Source: Trueperaceae bacterium
Lineage (GTDB): Bacteria; Deinococcota; Deinococci; Deinococcales; Trueperaceae
Direction of reading: 5' to 3'
NCBI GenBank assembly: GCA_965213705.1
Contig: OZ243913.1
Coordinates: 2,656,001 to 2,720,000 of the forward strand
DNA: 64,000 nt
Both the position numbers and the translations under genes were made by a program. The notes below the pieces were generated by a model. The model saw nothing but the letters and a program-made list of their open reading frames with translations. It was not told where the DNA came from and searched no databases. Shown here piece after piece: positions 11,487 to 21,428 of this stretch. Every line of letters begins with the position of its first letter. Position 1 is the first letter of the stretch.

Positions 11487-12241
11487 GGCAAAGCAGAGAA
11501 GAACACGCGCAACTCCTCGCTAATTTGTGTCTCAGCCTGCGCGCGGGTCACGGTCGGCACACCGTCGCCTCGTTGCGGGCCGTAACGCCCGAAAAAGCTG
11601 TGGACGGAGCCATTTATAAGCTCGAGCCTCGTGTCGGGCGGCAAGCGGCTCAGGCCGTCGCGCACTTTTGCAACCGTCGCCAAACCGTCGTGCTCAGCGG
11701 CCAGGTCGAGGACGGACAAGTCGAGGATTGATAAATCATCGTTCCCCGCGCTGTACGCGCCCATCAGCACGAGGCCGTCGACGCGTTCGGGGTTGCGCAG
11801 CGCGTAGCGCGCCGCCATCGCCCCACCCAGCGAGTGTCCGCCGACGACAACGCGACTCGGTAAAGTTTCCAAACTGTCGAGAAGTTGCGTTGCCCGGCCG
11901 GGCGCGATGACGGCCAGGTCGAGCGGCATCACCGGGATGAGGGTGCGCACGCCGAGCGGCGCAACGGCCACGCCGAGCCATTCGTAGGTTTGGGGCCGCA
12001 CCAGGCCGCCGGGGTAGAAGACAAAAAGTGTTTCGGCGTCACCCTCGGCGGGACGAATGTCTAAGTAGCCGCCCACCTCGTTTACAAAGGTAGAGGTGTA
12101 AGAGGTGCTCGAGACCTCGGCCACCACAGCGTCTTGGTGTAGTACCAGCGGTTCCGGCCTCAGCAGCATGTAGGCGACACCCAAACCCGCCCCGAGCGCG
12201 ACGAGGGCCAGAATCCCGACAAAGGAAAGAAAACGTTTCAC
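11483..12241 (-). CDS. Alpha/beta hydrolase with N-terminal membrane anchor
   Basis: FYPGG, GGHSLGG, HSFFGRYG. Confidence 0.85.
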   Translation of the reverse strand: MKRFLSFVGILALVALGAGLGVAYMLLRPEPLVLHQDAVVAEVSSTSYTSTFVNEVGGYLDIRPAEGDAETLFVFYPGGLVRPQTYEWLGVAVAPLGVRTLIPVMPLDLAVIAPGRATQLLDSLETLPSRVVVGGHSLGGAMAARYALRNPERVDGLVLMGAYSAGNDDLSILDLSVLDLAAEHDGLATVAKVRDGLSRLPPDTRLELINGSVHSFFGRYGPQRGDGVPTVTRAQAETQISEELRVFFSALP

Positions 12242-12388
12242 GGTCGACTGCTCAACCCCGCGCCCGGGTCCGAGCGTGGGCGAGAAGCGAGTCTCAAGCT
12301 GTCACCCCCGGCGTGTTCGACGCCGGCGTGACCGAAAAGGCTGTGAGGTCTATGCTGTGGGGTCTGGTCGGGGTCCTCGCGGGCGGGG

Positions 12389-13069
12389 TCAAAGGTCGGC
12401 TCTGGGCGCAGCCGACGCCCCGAGCCGCGCTTCGAAGGTTGCCAGACCTTCGTCGACCTCGGTACGCGGTAGGCCGCCCGCGTTTAACGCGGCGTCGGGT
12501 TTGGCTTGCAGGGCGCGGTAAAAGGCGTGGCCCCGCGCCTTGAGCGGGTCACTCGGTCCGAAAGTCTCGAGCAGCGCGAACAAACCGTCTTCGGCGTCGG
12601 CGTAACGGCCGCGCAACGTGTCGTACTCGAGCACGCGCCACTGCGTCGCCTCGGGCAGCACGAAATCAGCCAGCTCGAGGCGCGTCTCGGCAATGTTCGT
12701 GTCCAGCTCTTCAGCGTCCAACTCGGCCAGCGCCGCTTCTAGGTACAGGTCGAAGGCTTTGAGTTGCAGTGCGACCGGCGCGCGTTCTCCCTTGGCCCGG
12801 GCCAGCGCCGCCTCCGCCCCGAACAGCGTGGCGAGGAGAAAACTTTTCTCACGGTCCAGAACACCTGCGCTGCTCAGCACGCTGAGCAACTGGTCACTCG
12901 GCAAGCTGCGAAACAGGGCGGCGTCGGCACCCGTGTGTTCGCGGTAAGCCTCTTGCAACGTCGCCTCGACCCTGGCAACACCGTTCGGGTCACCGAGACC
13001 GCCGAGCGCCCGCACGACTTCGGCGAGTTGTTCCAAAGTGCGCTGGATAAGGTCGTCTTTCAGGGGCAC
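12389..13069 (-). CDS. Conserved hypothetical helical protein (DUF6483-like)
   Basis: DDLIQRTLEQL start, GRYADAED and GGLPRTEVDEG; TATAGT just upstream of GTG. Confidence 0.7.
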   Translation of the reverse strand: MPLKDDLIQRTLEQLAEVVRALGGLGDPNGVARVEATLQEAYREHTGADAALFRSLPSDQLLSVLSSAGVLDREKSFLLATLFGAEAALARAKGERAPVALQLKAFDLYLEAALAELDAEELDTNIAETRLELADFVLPEATQWRVLEYDTLRGRYADAEDGLFALLETFGPSDPLKARGHAFYRALQAKPDAALNAGGLPRTEVDEGLATFEARLGASAAPRADL

Positions 13070-13215
13070 GGGCAACTATACACCTCCGTTGCGCCGTGCG
13101 TGCGGTGTCGACGCCCGGACAGAAAGACGCTCGGTGAGAAAAGGGCGGTTCGGCTACCCGCCAAAAAGCGTAAAATAACCCGGTCTTGCGCGGGCCGCGG
13201 CCTATACTGGACGTT

Positions 13216-14082
13216 ATGAATTTGCCCGTCCTCATCACCACCCCGCACAGTTCCGGCTTCGTGCCTTTCGACATTCTCAGCAACATGTTGGGAGCGGGGG
13301 TTCAAGACCTCGCCAAGCGCACAGAGCGCCTGAACTGTTTGTACAACGAAGGCGACCCCTACACCGACGCGCTGTTTCACCTGCCCGGCGGGGTGCACGT
13401 CAACGCGTCCGTCTCGAGGTTTGTGGTCGACCTGAACCGGCGGCGCGACGAGGGCGGTTTGAACGGCGTCATCAAGGTTACCGACTTCGGCGGGCATCCG
13501 CTTTACCAAGGCGGCTTTCAGTTCGACGCCGGTGAGGTCGCCGAGCGGTTGACGCGCTACTACGACCCGTTCCACGCCGCTATCGAGCGCGCGGTAGCCC
13601 GCGACGACATCCTCTTTTTTATCGACGGACATTCGATGTCGCCCAAGGGGCCGCTCATCGGACCCGACCAGGGGCGGCCACGCCCCGCGTTCACGGTTAT
13701 TACCGGGGGCAACCTGTTGGGCGAGCGGCGCACGCCGAACGAGACGCCGAGCGTCCCGGCAAGCGTCGCGCAAGAGGTGGTACGCGGTTTGGAAAAGCAC
13801 TTCGGCGACATCATCCAGGACACGCCCGACGTGCCCAACACGGTGCTGCTCAACGCGCCCTTCGACGGCGGCGGCATCCAGCAGTTTTACAGCGACCCGC
13901 GGAGAAAACACGCCAAGCCGGGGTTTTCTTTGGAGTTCAACCGCGCCCTGTTTTTGCAAAAAGGAAACGACGGGCTCGACGAACCCATGCCGGGCCGCGT
14001 CGAAGCGCTCAACGAACGCTTTCAACGGTTCGTGCGCGACCTCGTGCCGGTGTTCGAAACGTTGCGGACGGTCGTCGGCTGA
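13216..14082 (+). CDS. N-formylglutamate amidohydrolase family protein
   Basis: TTPHSS, GDPYTD, SRFVVDLNR, YYDPFH, DGHSM, LEFNR. Confidence 0.85.
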   Translation: MNLPVLITTPHSSGFVPFDILSNMLGAGVQDLAKRTERLNCLYNEGDPYTDALFHLPGGVHVNASVSRFVVDLNRRRDEGGLNGVIKVTDFGGHPLYQGGFQFDAGEVAERLTRYYDPFHAAIERAVARDDILFFIDGHSMSPKGPLIGPDQGRPRPAFTVITGGNLLGERRTPNETPSVPASVAQEVVRGLEKHFGDIIQDTPDVPNTVLLNAPFDGGGIQQFYSDPRRKHAKPGFSLEFNRALFLQKGNDGLDEPMPGRVEALNERFQRFVRDLVPVFETLRTVVG

Positions 14083-14247
14083 ACAGGTGCAAAAGGCTCG
14101 AGACCGCTCAAAAAACACCTACAGCGCGAGCAACCGTTCGGCCTGCCTTCGCGCGTGTTCCGGTTCGACGTGCCAGCACACCGCGACTTCCCAGGCGACC
14201 AACGCTTTGGTGAGAGCGCGAGGCAGCTGGCGGTCGGCGTCAGCTTG

Positions 14248-14850
14248 TCAAATCGTAGTGTCGAACAAAGAAGCGTCCAGCCGCGCCTCGTCCCAGTCCA
14301 AAAGTGCAAGGCGTCCGTCCGGCGTCTTGAGTACGTTGACCGAGCCCAAGTCGCCGTGGACGACCGAGACGGGTTCACCGACAAAAAGAGTCCAGGCCGC
14401 GCGGCACGTTTCGACAAGGTCGGGTGGCATCTGAGACAGGTCGACGTCGCCGCCCTTCTCGGCGGTCAACAAGTCGACTGAACTCGCAAAGCCCAGGCGT
14501 TGCGGCCAGTTCCGGGTTAACTGGTGAAAGCGCTCGAGCCGCGGCTGCGCCCCAAGCAGGTCTTCAACCGTGGCGGGCGAGCCCTCGACAAAGGTCTCTA
14601 CCGTCACGCCGTCCTCCGCAAGATTGTCCCGCAAACTCGGTACGAACTCCGGCGTCACGAAATCCGCGGCTCGAGCCTCTTGCATGGCGTCCGCAACCCA
14701 GCGCAGGGCCGCCTCGCTCCGCCGCGTCGACTTGGCGACGTAAACACGGCCTGCCATTTCAACAAGCACGACGGTGTTGCGGTGACCGCCGGGGAGATTC
14801 TTGACAACCCGGCCCGGCGGCCAGTGGCGTAAACCCGCTAAAACGCCGTC
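14248..14850 (-). CDS. Aminoglycoside phosphotransferase/kinase-like protein
   Basis: GGHRN loop upstream of the tracked GTG (14769), VAK, VHGDLGSVN, LLDWDE; true start unclear. Confidence 0.75.
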   Translation of the reverse strand, partial: DGVLAGLRHWPPGRVVKNLPGGHRNTVVLVEMAGRVYVAKSTRRSEAALRWVADAMQEARAADFVTPEFVPSLRDNLAEDGVTVETFVEGSPATVEDLLGAQPRLERFHQLTRNWPQRLGFASSVDLLTAEKGGDVDLSQMPPDLVETCRAAWTLFVGEPVSVVHGDLGSVNVLKTPDGRLALLDWDEARLDASLFDTTI

Positions 14851-14999
14851 GCTGTGGACACAGGTAAACTTTTCCTAACTGTCTCTCGTACCCTTAAACA
14901 CGGTCTTGAGACAAACGGCTTTTGACCTTAGATTCCCTTTACAGGGGATTTTCCTTCGGGACGGGGATTCACAGCGCAGCGGCGACCCGATGACGCCTC

Positions 15000-16214
15000 C
15001 TACAACTCGCCCAGCGCCGCCAAAACCGCGTCCACGTCTGAAACGTCGTTGTAGTGCAACAGACTCAGCCGCACCGCGCCTTCGCGCCCGCGCAAACCGA
15101 CCGCGTCCATCATGAGGTCGTAGGCGTAGTAGTGGCCGTCGGCAGCGGCGACGCCGCGCTCGCCCAGGTGCTCGGCGACCGTGCGGGGCGCGTGCTCGCC
15201 GACGTTCAGGGACACCGTGGCGGTGCGGCCTTCGACGCCGGGCAAACCGTAGCGGGTGACGCCCAGGTCGTCCAGGCCGGCCAACAGACGTTCAAACAGC
15301 GCGGTTTCGTGCGCGTGAAACGCCTCGTACACTTTTTGCCAGCGTTCGCGCCGCGTACCCTGCGTGCCGAGCCTGTCGGCGACCTCGTCAAGGTAGTCGA
15401 ATACCCCGCCAAAGGCGTAAATAGCTTCGTGGTTTTGGGTGCCGGGTTCCCAGTTGATAGGTTTTTCCTGCTCGAAAAAAGCGAGGCCCGGCCCGGCCAG
15501 ACTCGAGCGCAGTTCATCACCCAAGTACAGCACGCCCGCGTGCGGCCCGAACACCTTGTACGGGCTGAACACGAGGGCGTCCGCGCCGAGCCTTACCACG
15601 TCGGGCAAAAAGTGCGGCGAGTAGTGAACCGTGTCGACCATGAGGTGAGCGCCCGCGGCGTGGACCCGCTCGGCCGTTTGCGCGACCGGGGCCAGCGTGC
15701 CGAGCGCGTTGCTGGCGGCGGTCATGGCGACAAGGCGCGTCTTGTCGCTCAGCAGGGGCTCCAAGTCCTCGAGTTCCAACGTGTGGTGCGGCGCGCGCGT
15801 CGGCCAGGTTTTCAGCGTAAACCCCCGCTCTTTCAAACGCCGCCACGGGTCGACGTTGGCGTGGTGGTCGAGTTCGGTGACGACGATTTCGTCGCCCGGT
15901 GCCAACCTGCGCCCGAAGGCTTGGGCGAGCAGCTCGAGAAGCGTCGTCGCGTTCGGGCCGAAGGCGACGTTCTCGGGAGAAGACGCGTTCAAAAAGGTGG
16001 CGACGTCCTCCCGAACTTTCTCTTTGGCCGCGCCGATGCGCGCCGACTGCGCGTACGCGCCGCCCTTGTTGACCTGCATAGTGGTGAGGGCTTCGACCAT
16101 GTTGCCGACCACTTGCTGCGGCACCTGCGCCCCGGCGGCGTTGTCCAAATAAACGGCCCCGCCACGCTTGAGAGCGGGAAACTGGTCGCGTATCCAGGCG
16201 ATGGGATAGGTCAT
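15000..16214 (-). CDS. Cysteine desulfurase-like aminotransferase class V
   Basis: YLDNAAGAQVP, DHHAN, SPYKVFGPH (PLP lysine), EPGTQNHE. Confidence 0.9.
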   Translation of the reverse strand: MTYPIAWIRDQFPALKRGGAVYLDNAAGAQVPQQVVGNMVEALTTMQVNKGGAYAQSARIGAAKEKVREDVATFLNASSPENVAFGPNATTLLELLAQAFGRRLAPGDEIVVTELDHHANVDPWRRLKERGFTLKTWPTRAPHHTLELEDLEPLLSDKTRLVAMTAASNALGTLAPVAQTAERVHAAGAHLMVDTVHYSPHFLPDVVRLGADALVFSPYKVFGPHAGVLYLGDELRSSLAGPGLAFFEQEKPINWEPGTQNHEAIYAFGGVFDYLDEVADRLGTQGTRRERWQKVYEAFHAHETALFERLLAGLDDLGVTRYGLPGVEGRTATVSLNVGEHAPRTVAEHLGERGVAAADGHYYAYDLMMDAVGLRGREGAVRLSLLHYNDVSDVDAVLAALGEL

Positions 16215-16359
16215 AGGCAAAGCTTATCACCCGGCTCGAGGCTGCGGCTTGGTGTCGACAGCAGTCAGGCAAGTTATGGGTCGCTCGGTACCGGCCACAC
16301 ACGAGGGTCGTCTTTGGTTCACCTCAAGCTGCGCAAAAATGTCGGAGAAAGTTTTCAGG

Positions 16360-16935
16360 TCAGTGCAAAAGCTTAAGCGCCAGTTCGGTAACCGCTTCTC
16401 GGCACTCGCGCAGCTGCTCGACGAAAGTAGCAGCGTCGGGAGAGGTCCGCATCAGGTCGATGACGACGCCCTCGACGGCGGCAATGGTCATCGTCACCCG
16501 CAAGTCGCGGTTGTCCTCGGCGGCACCTTCGGCCAGCAACTTCGCAACCTGCGGACGCGCGGCGAGGGCGAGTTCCCTGTGCGCGTCCGGCAGGCGCTCA
16601 TTGTCACGAAAGGCGGCCAGGGCGACGCCGCTGTGAACCTCGAGCGCCGCCAGCAAACCCCCAATAATTCGCCGGGTACGCGCGTCGCCGGAAAGCTTTT
16701 CAGCCTCTCTCACCGCGGCCTCCACTCGCTCGAGGGGTTCGCTCAAAAGCTCGGCCAACAAATCTCCTTTCGACCTGAAATGGTAATAGAGCGACGGGTT
16801 GGCGATGCCTAGTTCCGCCGCGATGTCGCGTACTGAGGTGCCCGCATAGCCGCGCTCCGTAAAGAGGCGTGCCGCGACCTCGAGAATCCGCTGGCGAGTA
16901 TCGTCCTTGTTAACGGCGTGGGTGATGTTTTTCAT
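16360..16935 (-). CDS. TetR-family regulator
   Basis: TRQRILEVAARLF..GYAGTSVRDIA..LYYHFRSK. Confidence 0.92.
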   Translation of the reverse strand: MKNITHAVNKDDTRQRILEVAARLFTERGYAGTSVRDIAAELGIANPSLYYHFRSKGDLLAELLSEPLERVEAAVREAEKLSGDARTRRIIGGLLAALEVHSGVALAAFRDNERLPDAHRELALAARPQVAKLLAEGAAEDNRDLRVTMTIAAVEGVVIDLMRTSPDAATFVEQLRECREAVTELALKLLH

Positions 16936-16952
16936 GTGTTTAGCAGTCACCC

Positions 16953-17014
16953 TTGACAGTTTACCTAGCACATGCTAGTTTGACAACGAGAAACGAACCT
17001 AGCAGGTGCTAGGT
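16953..17014 (+). promoter_or_regulatory. P450 promoter with two palindromic operators
   Basis: TTGACA(16953)-17-TAGTTT(16976); ACCTAGCA-NN-TGCTAG(G/T)T at 16963-16980 and 16997-17014. Confidence 0.75.
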
Positions 17015-17106
17015 AGAGGCAGTGCGAACGCGCCGAACACCAGCAGTAGCTGAAGGAAGGCTTATTTTTCTCGTGGCTGGCGTACCCAGAACAAAAGGAG
17101 AACCTC

Positions 17107-18324
17107 ATGACTACCACCGTCGCACAACCGGACTGGCAGAGCGCCGAGTTTAAGACCAACCCCTACACCTTTTACACCCAGCTTCGTGAGCAGGCCCCGG
17201 TGTACCCAGGCCCCAAAATTCGGGGGCAGCAAGCCTGGCTCGTCACCCGTTACGACGACGTTGCCCGCGTGCTCAAAGATGAGACGTTCGCCAAAGACAC
17301 GCGCAATGCCTGGACGCCCGAGCAGCTCAAAAAAGCGCCCTGGCTGCCGCCCATGTTCAGGCCGCTGCAGAACAACCTGTTGTCCCTGGACCCGCCCGAC
17401 CACACGCGGCTACGCGCCCTCGTCCACAAGGCTTTCGCGCCTCGCATGGTCGAACGGATGCGCGCCGAAACCCACACGCTCGCGCACGAGCTTGTGGACA
17501 AGATGGCGGCCGAGGGGGGTACGGTGGACCTCATCGAGCGTTTTGCTTTACCCTTACCCATCACCATCATCGGGCGCATCCTGGGGGTGCCGGAGAAAGA
17601 CAACGCCAAGTTTCACCGCTGGACCAGCGCTTTCGTCTCGCTCGGGTCGTGGCGACACGCCTTTTTGAAGGTTCCTGCCGTGTTGCAGTTTATACGCTAC
17701 CTGCGCAACCTCGTTCGGCAGCGCGCCGAGGTACCGCAGGACGACCTCGTTTCGGCGCTGGTGCTGGCTAGGGAGCAGGACGACGCGTTGACCGAAGACG
17801 AAGTGCTCGCCATGACCTTTTTGCTGCTGAGCGCCGGGCACGAGACGACGGTGAACCTGATAGCCAGCGGCACGCTCGCGCTGCTCGAGCACCCCGACGA
17901 GTGGCGCAGACTGCAAGCGGAGCCGGCGCTGATGAAAAGCGGCGTCGAGGAGCTTTTACGCTTCGTGACACCCGCCGAGATGTCCACCGAGCGCTTTGCG
18001 CGGGCGGACACAGAGGTCGCAGGGACGGTCATCCCCAAGGGTGCGTTAGTCTTAGGCGTCATCGCCTCGGCCAACCGTGACCCCCGGCGTTTCGAGAACC
18101 CCGAGACCGTGGACGTTGCCAGACAGGACAACAAACACCTCGCCTTCGGACAAGGTATTCATTACTGCGTCGGCGCGCCGCTCTCCAGGCTCGAGGCCGT
18201 CGTTGCGTTTGGGGCGCTGACCGAGCGACTGCCGAACCTGCGCCTGGGCGTAGCGCCCGCGAAGCTCGAGTGGCGCAGCAGCCTTATCCTGCGCGGGCTA
18301 AAGGCGCTACCCGTTTCGGTTTAG
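17107..18324 (+). CDS. Cytochrome P450
   Basis: AGHETT, EELLR, HLAFGQGIHYCVG heme motif. Confidence 0.96.
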   Translation: MTTTVAQPDWQSAEFKTNPYTFYTQLREQAPVYPGPKIRGQQAWLVTRYDDVARVLKDETFAKDTRNAWTPEQLKKAPWLPPMFRPLQNNLLSLDPPDHTRLRALVHKAFAPRMVERMRAETHTLAHELVDKMAAEGGTVDLIERFALPLPITIIGRILGVPEKDNAKFHRWTSAFVSLGSWRHAFLKVPAVLQFIRYLRNLVRQRAEVPQDDLVSALVLAREQDDALTEDEVLAMTFLLLSAGHETTVNLIASGTLALLEHPDEWRRLQAEPALMKSGVEELLRFVTPAEMSTERFARADTEVAGTVIPKGALVLGVIASANRDPRRFENPETVDVARQDNKHLAFGQGIHYCVGAPLSRLEAVVAFGALTERLPNLRLGVAPAKLEWRSSLILRGLKALPVSV

Positions 18325-18335
18325 ACGCGCGAGGC

Positions 18336-18720
18336 GTGGCGGTGGTGACGGTAAGCGTACTGCTCTGGAGCGTGCAGCGACTGCTAGCGGGGTTGTTTTC
18401 GTTCGCGGGTCAGCTGCTTTCTGTTGACACCGCGGCAAAAGCTCGTGGCGGGCGCGGCGTGGGCAAACGGGTTCTCTGCAAGCACGACCAAGCTTATCGG
18501 CCTGCTCGAGGTGCTCGGGGCGGTTGGACTTGTCGTGCCGATGCTGACCGGCGGTCCTGCCGTGGCTCACGCCGCTGGCGGCGGTTGGGCTGGCTTTACT
18601 CATGGGCGGCGCGGTCACTCTTCACCTGCTCAACGGTGAGTACCTTTACACTCCTGCCGCTGGCCGTGTTGCTGAGCATCTTTGTCGTTTATGGACGGCG
18701 CGTGGTTTTGACTCTCTTGG
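18336..18720 (+). pseudogene. DoxX-family membrane protein, frameshifted
   Basis: Fragments in different frames: LWSVQRLLAGLFSFAG / LIGLLEVLGAVGLVVP / MGGAVTLHL / LLSIFVVYGR. Confidence 0.65.
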
Positions 18721-18908
18721 TAAACCGAATGATGAGAAACACCGGTTCTTTTTGCAAAGCCACAAGATTGCCAACCGGCCCATTCACCCTACACGTGAGG
18801 TATGCAAGACCTCAGACGGGTGCTTAAGTATACGGCGTCGGTCCATACTCTCCATAGTCGACGCCTCCCGAACCCACATTCTCACCCTGAACCTTTACAC
18901 TTAAAAGC

Positions 18909-19136
18909 ATGTACGACGCCGAGGGTTCTTACGACAACGAACGCTGCCCCCAGTGCGGCAGCTTGAAAACCATCACCTACCGCTTTGAGGAGGGCTTTAG
19001 CGAACTCGAGTGCGAGACCTGCGGTTTTCACTCGGACGCGCCCGAAATCAGCGACTTGGGCCGGTACCGGGGCGAGTTGCTCGAGAAACCCTTGGGCGAC
19101 CTGCCGCCGATTCCCCTCAAGAAGCTCGAGGCTTAA
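18909..19136 (+). CDS. Small zinc-ribbon protein
   Basis: CPQC...CETC; TACACT 7 nt before ATG. Confidence 0.75.
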   Translation: MYDAEGSYDNERCPQCGSLKTITYRFEEGFSELECETCGFHSDAPEISDLGRYRGELLEKPLGDLPPIPLKKLEA

Positions 19137-19286
19137 ACGTGAATGTGTCGAAAAGCCATCATCGTTCTTAACGACTTTTGCGTATACTTGACGCTAACTT
19201 TAGCGCCGTGATGCCAGAACGACGTGCCGAAGAGAACGCGCCAGCCTACACCGGGGGCAAATCCCTCGTTAGGGAAAGGAGCTAGT

Positions 19287-19655
19287 ATGGACGTAAAGGT
19301 CGTGCTGAGTTCGGACGAAATCGTACGGGGTTTGAGACACTACAGACGTATCGCCAAACAGGACCTATTACGCTCGCCAGAAACCGAAAACCCCGACGTT
19401 CTTCGCTCGCACGCCGAAGCTCGGCGCGAGGTCTACGCTTACCTGAGCGACCTGGCCGAGCGCTTGAGCCCCGCCGACGTCGCCAAAGAAGCGCTCAACT
19501 ATTACCAGCAACTGCCCTTTGTGACCGGCTCGCCCGAAACCGAATTTGTCGACATCAAAGCCAAGGAAAACGCCCTCGAGAACTTCTTTTTGATGATCGG
19601 TTTAGAGCCCAAAATCCGCCGCGAGGTGCGCAGCCAAAGGCCCTCGAAAGCCTAG
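19287..19655 (+). CDS. Conserved hypothetical protein
   Basis: SD AAGGAG; host-like codon usage; followed by a terminator. Confidence 0.75.
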   Translation: MDVKVVLSSDEIVRGLRHYRRIAKQDLLRSPETENPDVLRSHAEARREVYAYLSDLAERLSPADVAKEALNYYQQLPFVTGSPETEFVDIKAKENALENFFLMIGLEPKIRREVRSQRPSKA

Positions 19656-19723
19656 CGGTCGGCCCGACGTTTTTGCGCGCTTGTCGAAGCGGCGGCAGTG
19701 TGGTCGGTAACTAGAATTTCAAA

Positions 19724-19756
19724 AAGAGCGCGCTTCAACAAGCGCGCTCTTCGTTT
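19724..19756 (+). terminator. Intrinsic terminator
   Basis: AAGAGCGCGCTT/AAGCGCGCTCTT stem. Confidence 0.75.
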
Positions 19757-19877
19757 GCAAGCTGTCCAGCGGTTGCAGGGCCACGCTTTTGGGTAGACTG
19801 GGGCAGGATTTTAAGCCACCCGAGGTTCGGACCCGGCCGGCCTGAGGGGACAACCTTTACCCCAGAGGAGTTCAAGC

Positions 19878-20492
19878 GTGACCCTAGCAGACCTCGAGAA
19901 ACAAGCCTCGACGAAACCCAACGGTTTGGACGCCCTGAGCGACAACGTCGTTTTCGGCGAAGGCCCGCCCGACGCCAAACTCATGATTGTCGGCGAAGCG
20001 CCCGGCCAGGACGAGGACGAGCAGGGCCGCCCGTTCGTGGGAAGAAGCGGCCAACTGCTCGACCGGATTTTAGACAGCGTAGGGTTGCACCGTGACGACG
20101 TTTACGTGACCAACATGGTCAAGTACCGCCCGCCCGGCAACCGCAACCCGACCCCGCAGGAAATTACAGCCAGCGAGCCGCTGCTGCTGGAACAAATCAA
20201 GCTCGTCCAGCCGCAGATTATCGCTACGCTCGGCAACGTGCCCACGCAGTATTTTATAGGCACCAAAGACGGCATCACCAAAACCCACGGCAACTGGTAC
20301 GAGTGGCACGGCGTGAAGGTGTTTCCCCTTTATCACCCGGCTTACTTGCTCCGCAACCCGAGCCGCGAAAAGGGCAGCCCCAAGTGGCAGATGTGGCAGG
20401 ACATGTTGGAGCTTAAAAAAACCCTGGACGAGCTTCCCCCGAAAGAGGGTAACTTCGTCCTTGACACCGCGCAGCAGGAAGGGTTGTTTTAA
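19878..20492 (+). CDS. Uracil-DNA glycosylase family 4 (cysteine-free)
   Basis: GEAPG, GRPFVG, RPPGNRNP, YHPAYLLR. Confidence 0.92.
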   Translation: MTLADLEKQASTKPNGLDALSDNVVFGEGPPDAKLMIVGEAPGQDEDEQGRPFVGRSGQLLDRILDSVGLHRDDVYVTNMVKYRPPGNRNPTPQEITASEPLLLEQIKLVQPQIIATLGNVPTQYFIGTKDGITKTHGNWYEWHGVKVFPLYHPAYLLRNPSREKGSPKWQMWQDMLELKKTLDELPPKEGNFVLDTAQQEGLF

Positions 20493-20558
20493 GGAGAAAG
20501 GAAAAAGGAGAAAGTGGAAAGAGGTGATTCTTTTTCCTTTCTCCTTTTCACTTTCCCC
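20491..20558. repeat. Inverted array of degenerate heptamers
   Basis: AAGGAGA AAGGAAA AAGGAGA AAGTGGA AAGAGGT, spacer, TTTTTCC TTTCTCC TTTTCAC TTTCCCC. Confidence 0.75.
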
Positions 20559-20567
20559 TGACTTCCT

Positions 20568-20837
20568 ATGTCCGACAAACACTTTATCGGCCTGGTCCAC
20601 TCGGTGCTGAGTTCGGCCCAGGCGGCGCTCGGCGAAACCGACAGCCCGCTGACGATGCGCTTGGCGAACGACGGAATCCTGGCGCGCAAGACGGCGGAGC
20701 GGAGTTTGGCGCTCCTCACGATGCTCCAAACCAAAACCCTCGGCAATTTGGATGAAACCGAGCGGGACGTTCTCACCAAGGCGATTGACAAGGTTCAGGG
20801 CGGTCTGGAACGGCTCGAGCCCGCCGACCTCAACTGA
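20568..20837 (+). CDS. Small helical protein, DUF1844-like
   Basis: [14 protein letters not shown]...[14 protein letters not shown]. Confidence 0.75.
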   Translation: MSDKHFIGLVHSVLSSAQAALGETDSPLTMRLANDGILARKTAERSLALLTMLQTKTLGNLDETERDVLTKAIDKVQGGLERLEPADLN

Positions 20838-21280
20838 TGCGCGCGCTTCTCCAGCGGGTGTCCGAGGCCAAAGTCACGGTGGGCGGCGAAACGGTGGGCG
20901 GAATAGGCGTAGGTCTGCTCGTGCTCCTCGGCGTCAGCCGCGAAGATACCGAAGCCGAAGCGCGCAAGCTCGCCCAAAAAATCGCCAAGTTGCGCGTTTT
21001 CAACGACGACGCGGGCAAGATGAACCTCAGTGTCAAGGACGTGGGCGGCGCGGCGCTCGTGGTCAGCCAGTTCACGCTGTACGCCGACACCTCGGGCGGC
21101 AACCGGCCGAGTTACGTCTCAGCGGCGCGGCCCGAGCAGGCCATACCTCTTTACGAGTTTTTCAGCGAAGCGTTGCGGCTCGAGGGCCTCAGGGTCGAGA
21201 ACGGCGTGTTCGGGGCCGACATGGACGTGGAACTCCTCAACCAGGGGCCGGTGACGATTTGGCTCGACACGGACCACTAG
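20837..21280 (+). CDS. dtd: D-aminoacyl-tRNA deacylase
   Basis: [25 protein letters not shown]. Confidence 0.96.
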   Translation: MRALLQRVSEAKVTVGGETVGGIGVGLLVLLGVSREDTEAEARKLAQKIAKLRVFNDDAGKMNLSVKDVGGAALVVSQFTLYADTSGGNRPSYVSAARPEQAIPLYEFFSEALRLEGLRVENGVFGADMDVELLNQGPVTIWLDTDH

Positions 21281-21379
21281 CCGCCCGCTTTTTCACACCA
21301 AGTCGAAGAAAACGGTCTTTGACCTTGCCCCCTCGACAAGGGGGCGCAAAAGAGTCTCGGCTACTTGCGGTGTCGGTGC

Positions 21380-21411
21380 AAAAAAAGGCGGCCGGTTCTC
21401 GGCCGCCTTTT
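21380..21411. terminator. Bidirectional terminator between convergent genes
   Basis: AAAAGGCGGCCG/CGGCCGCCTTTT. Confidence 0.8.
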
Positions 21412-21428
21412 CGTGCTCGGTTGAAGCT

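Noticed and set aside
15054..16376. 440-aa ORF and similar long antisense ORFs (37441-38985, 48057-49706, 13060-14118)
   Set aside because: Mirror frames of well-supported genes in GC-rich DNA.
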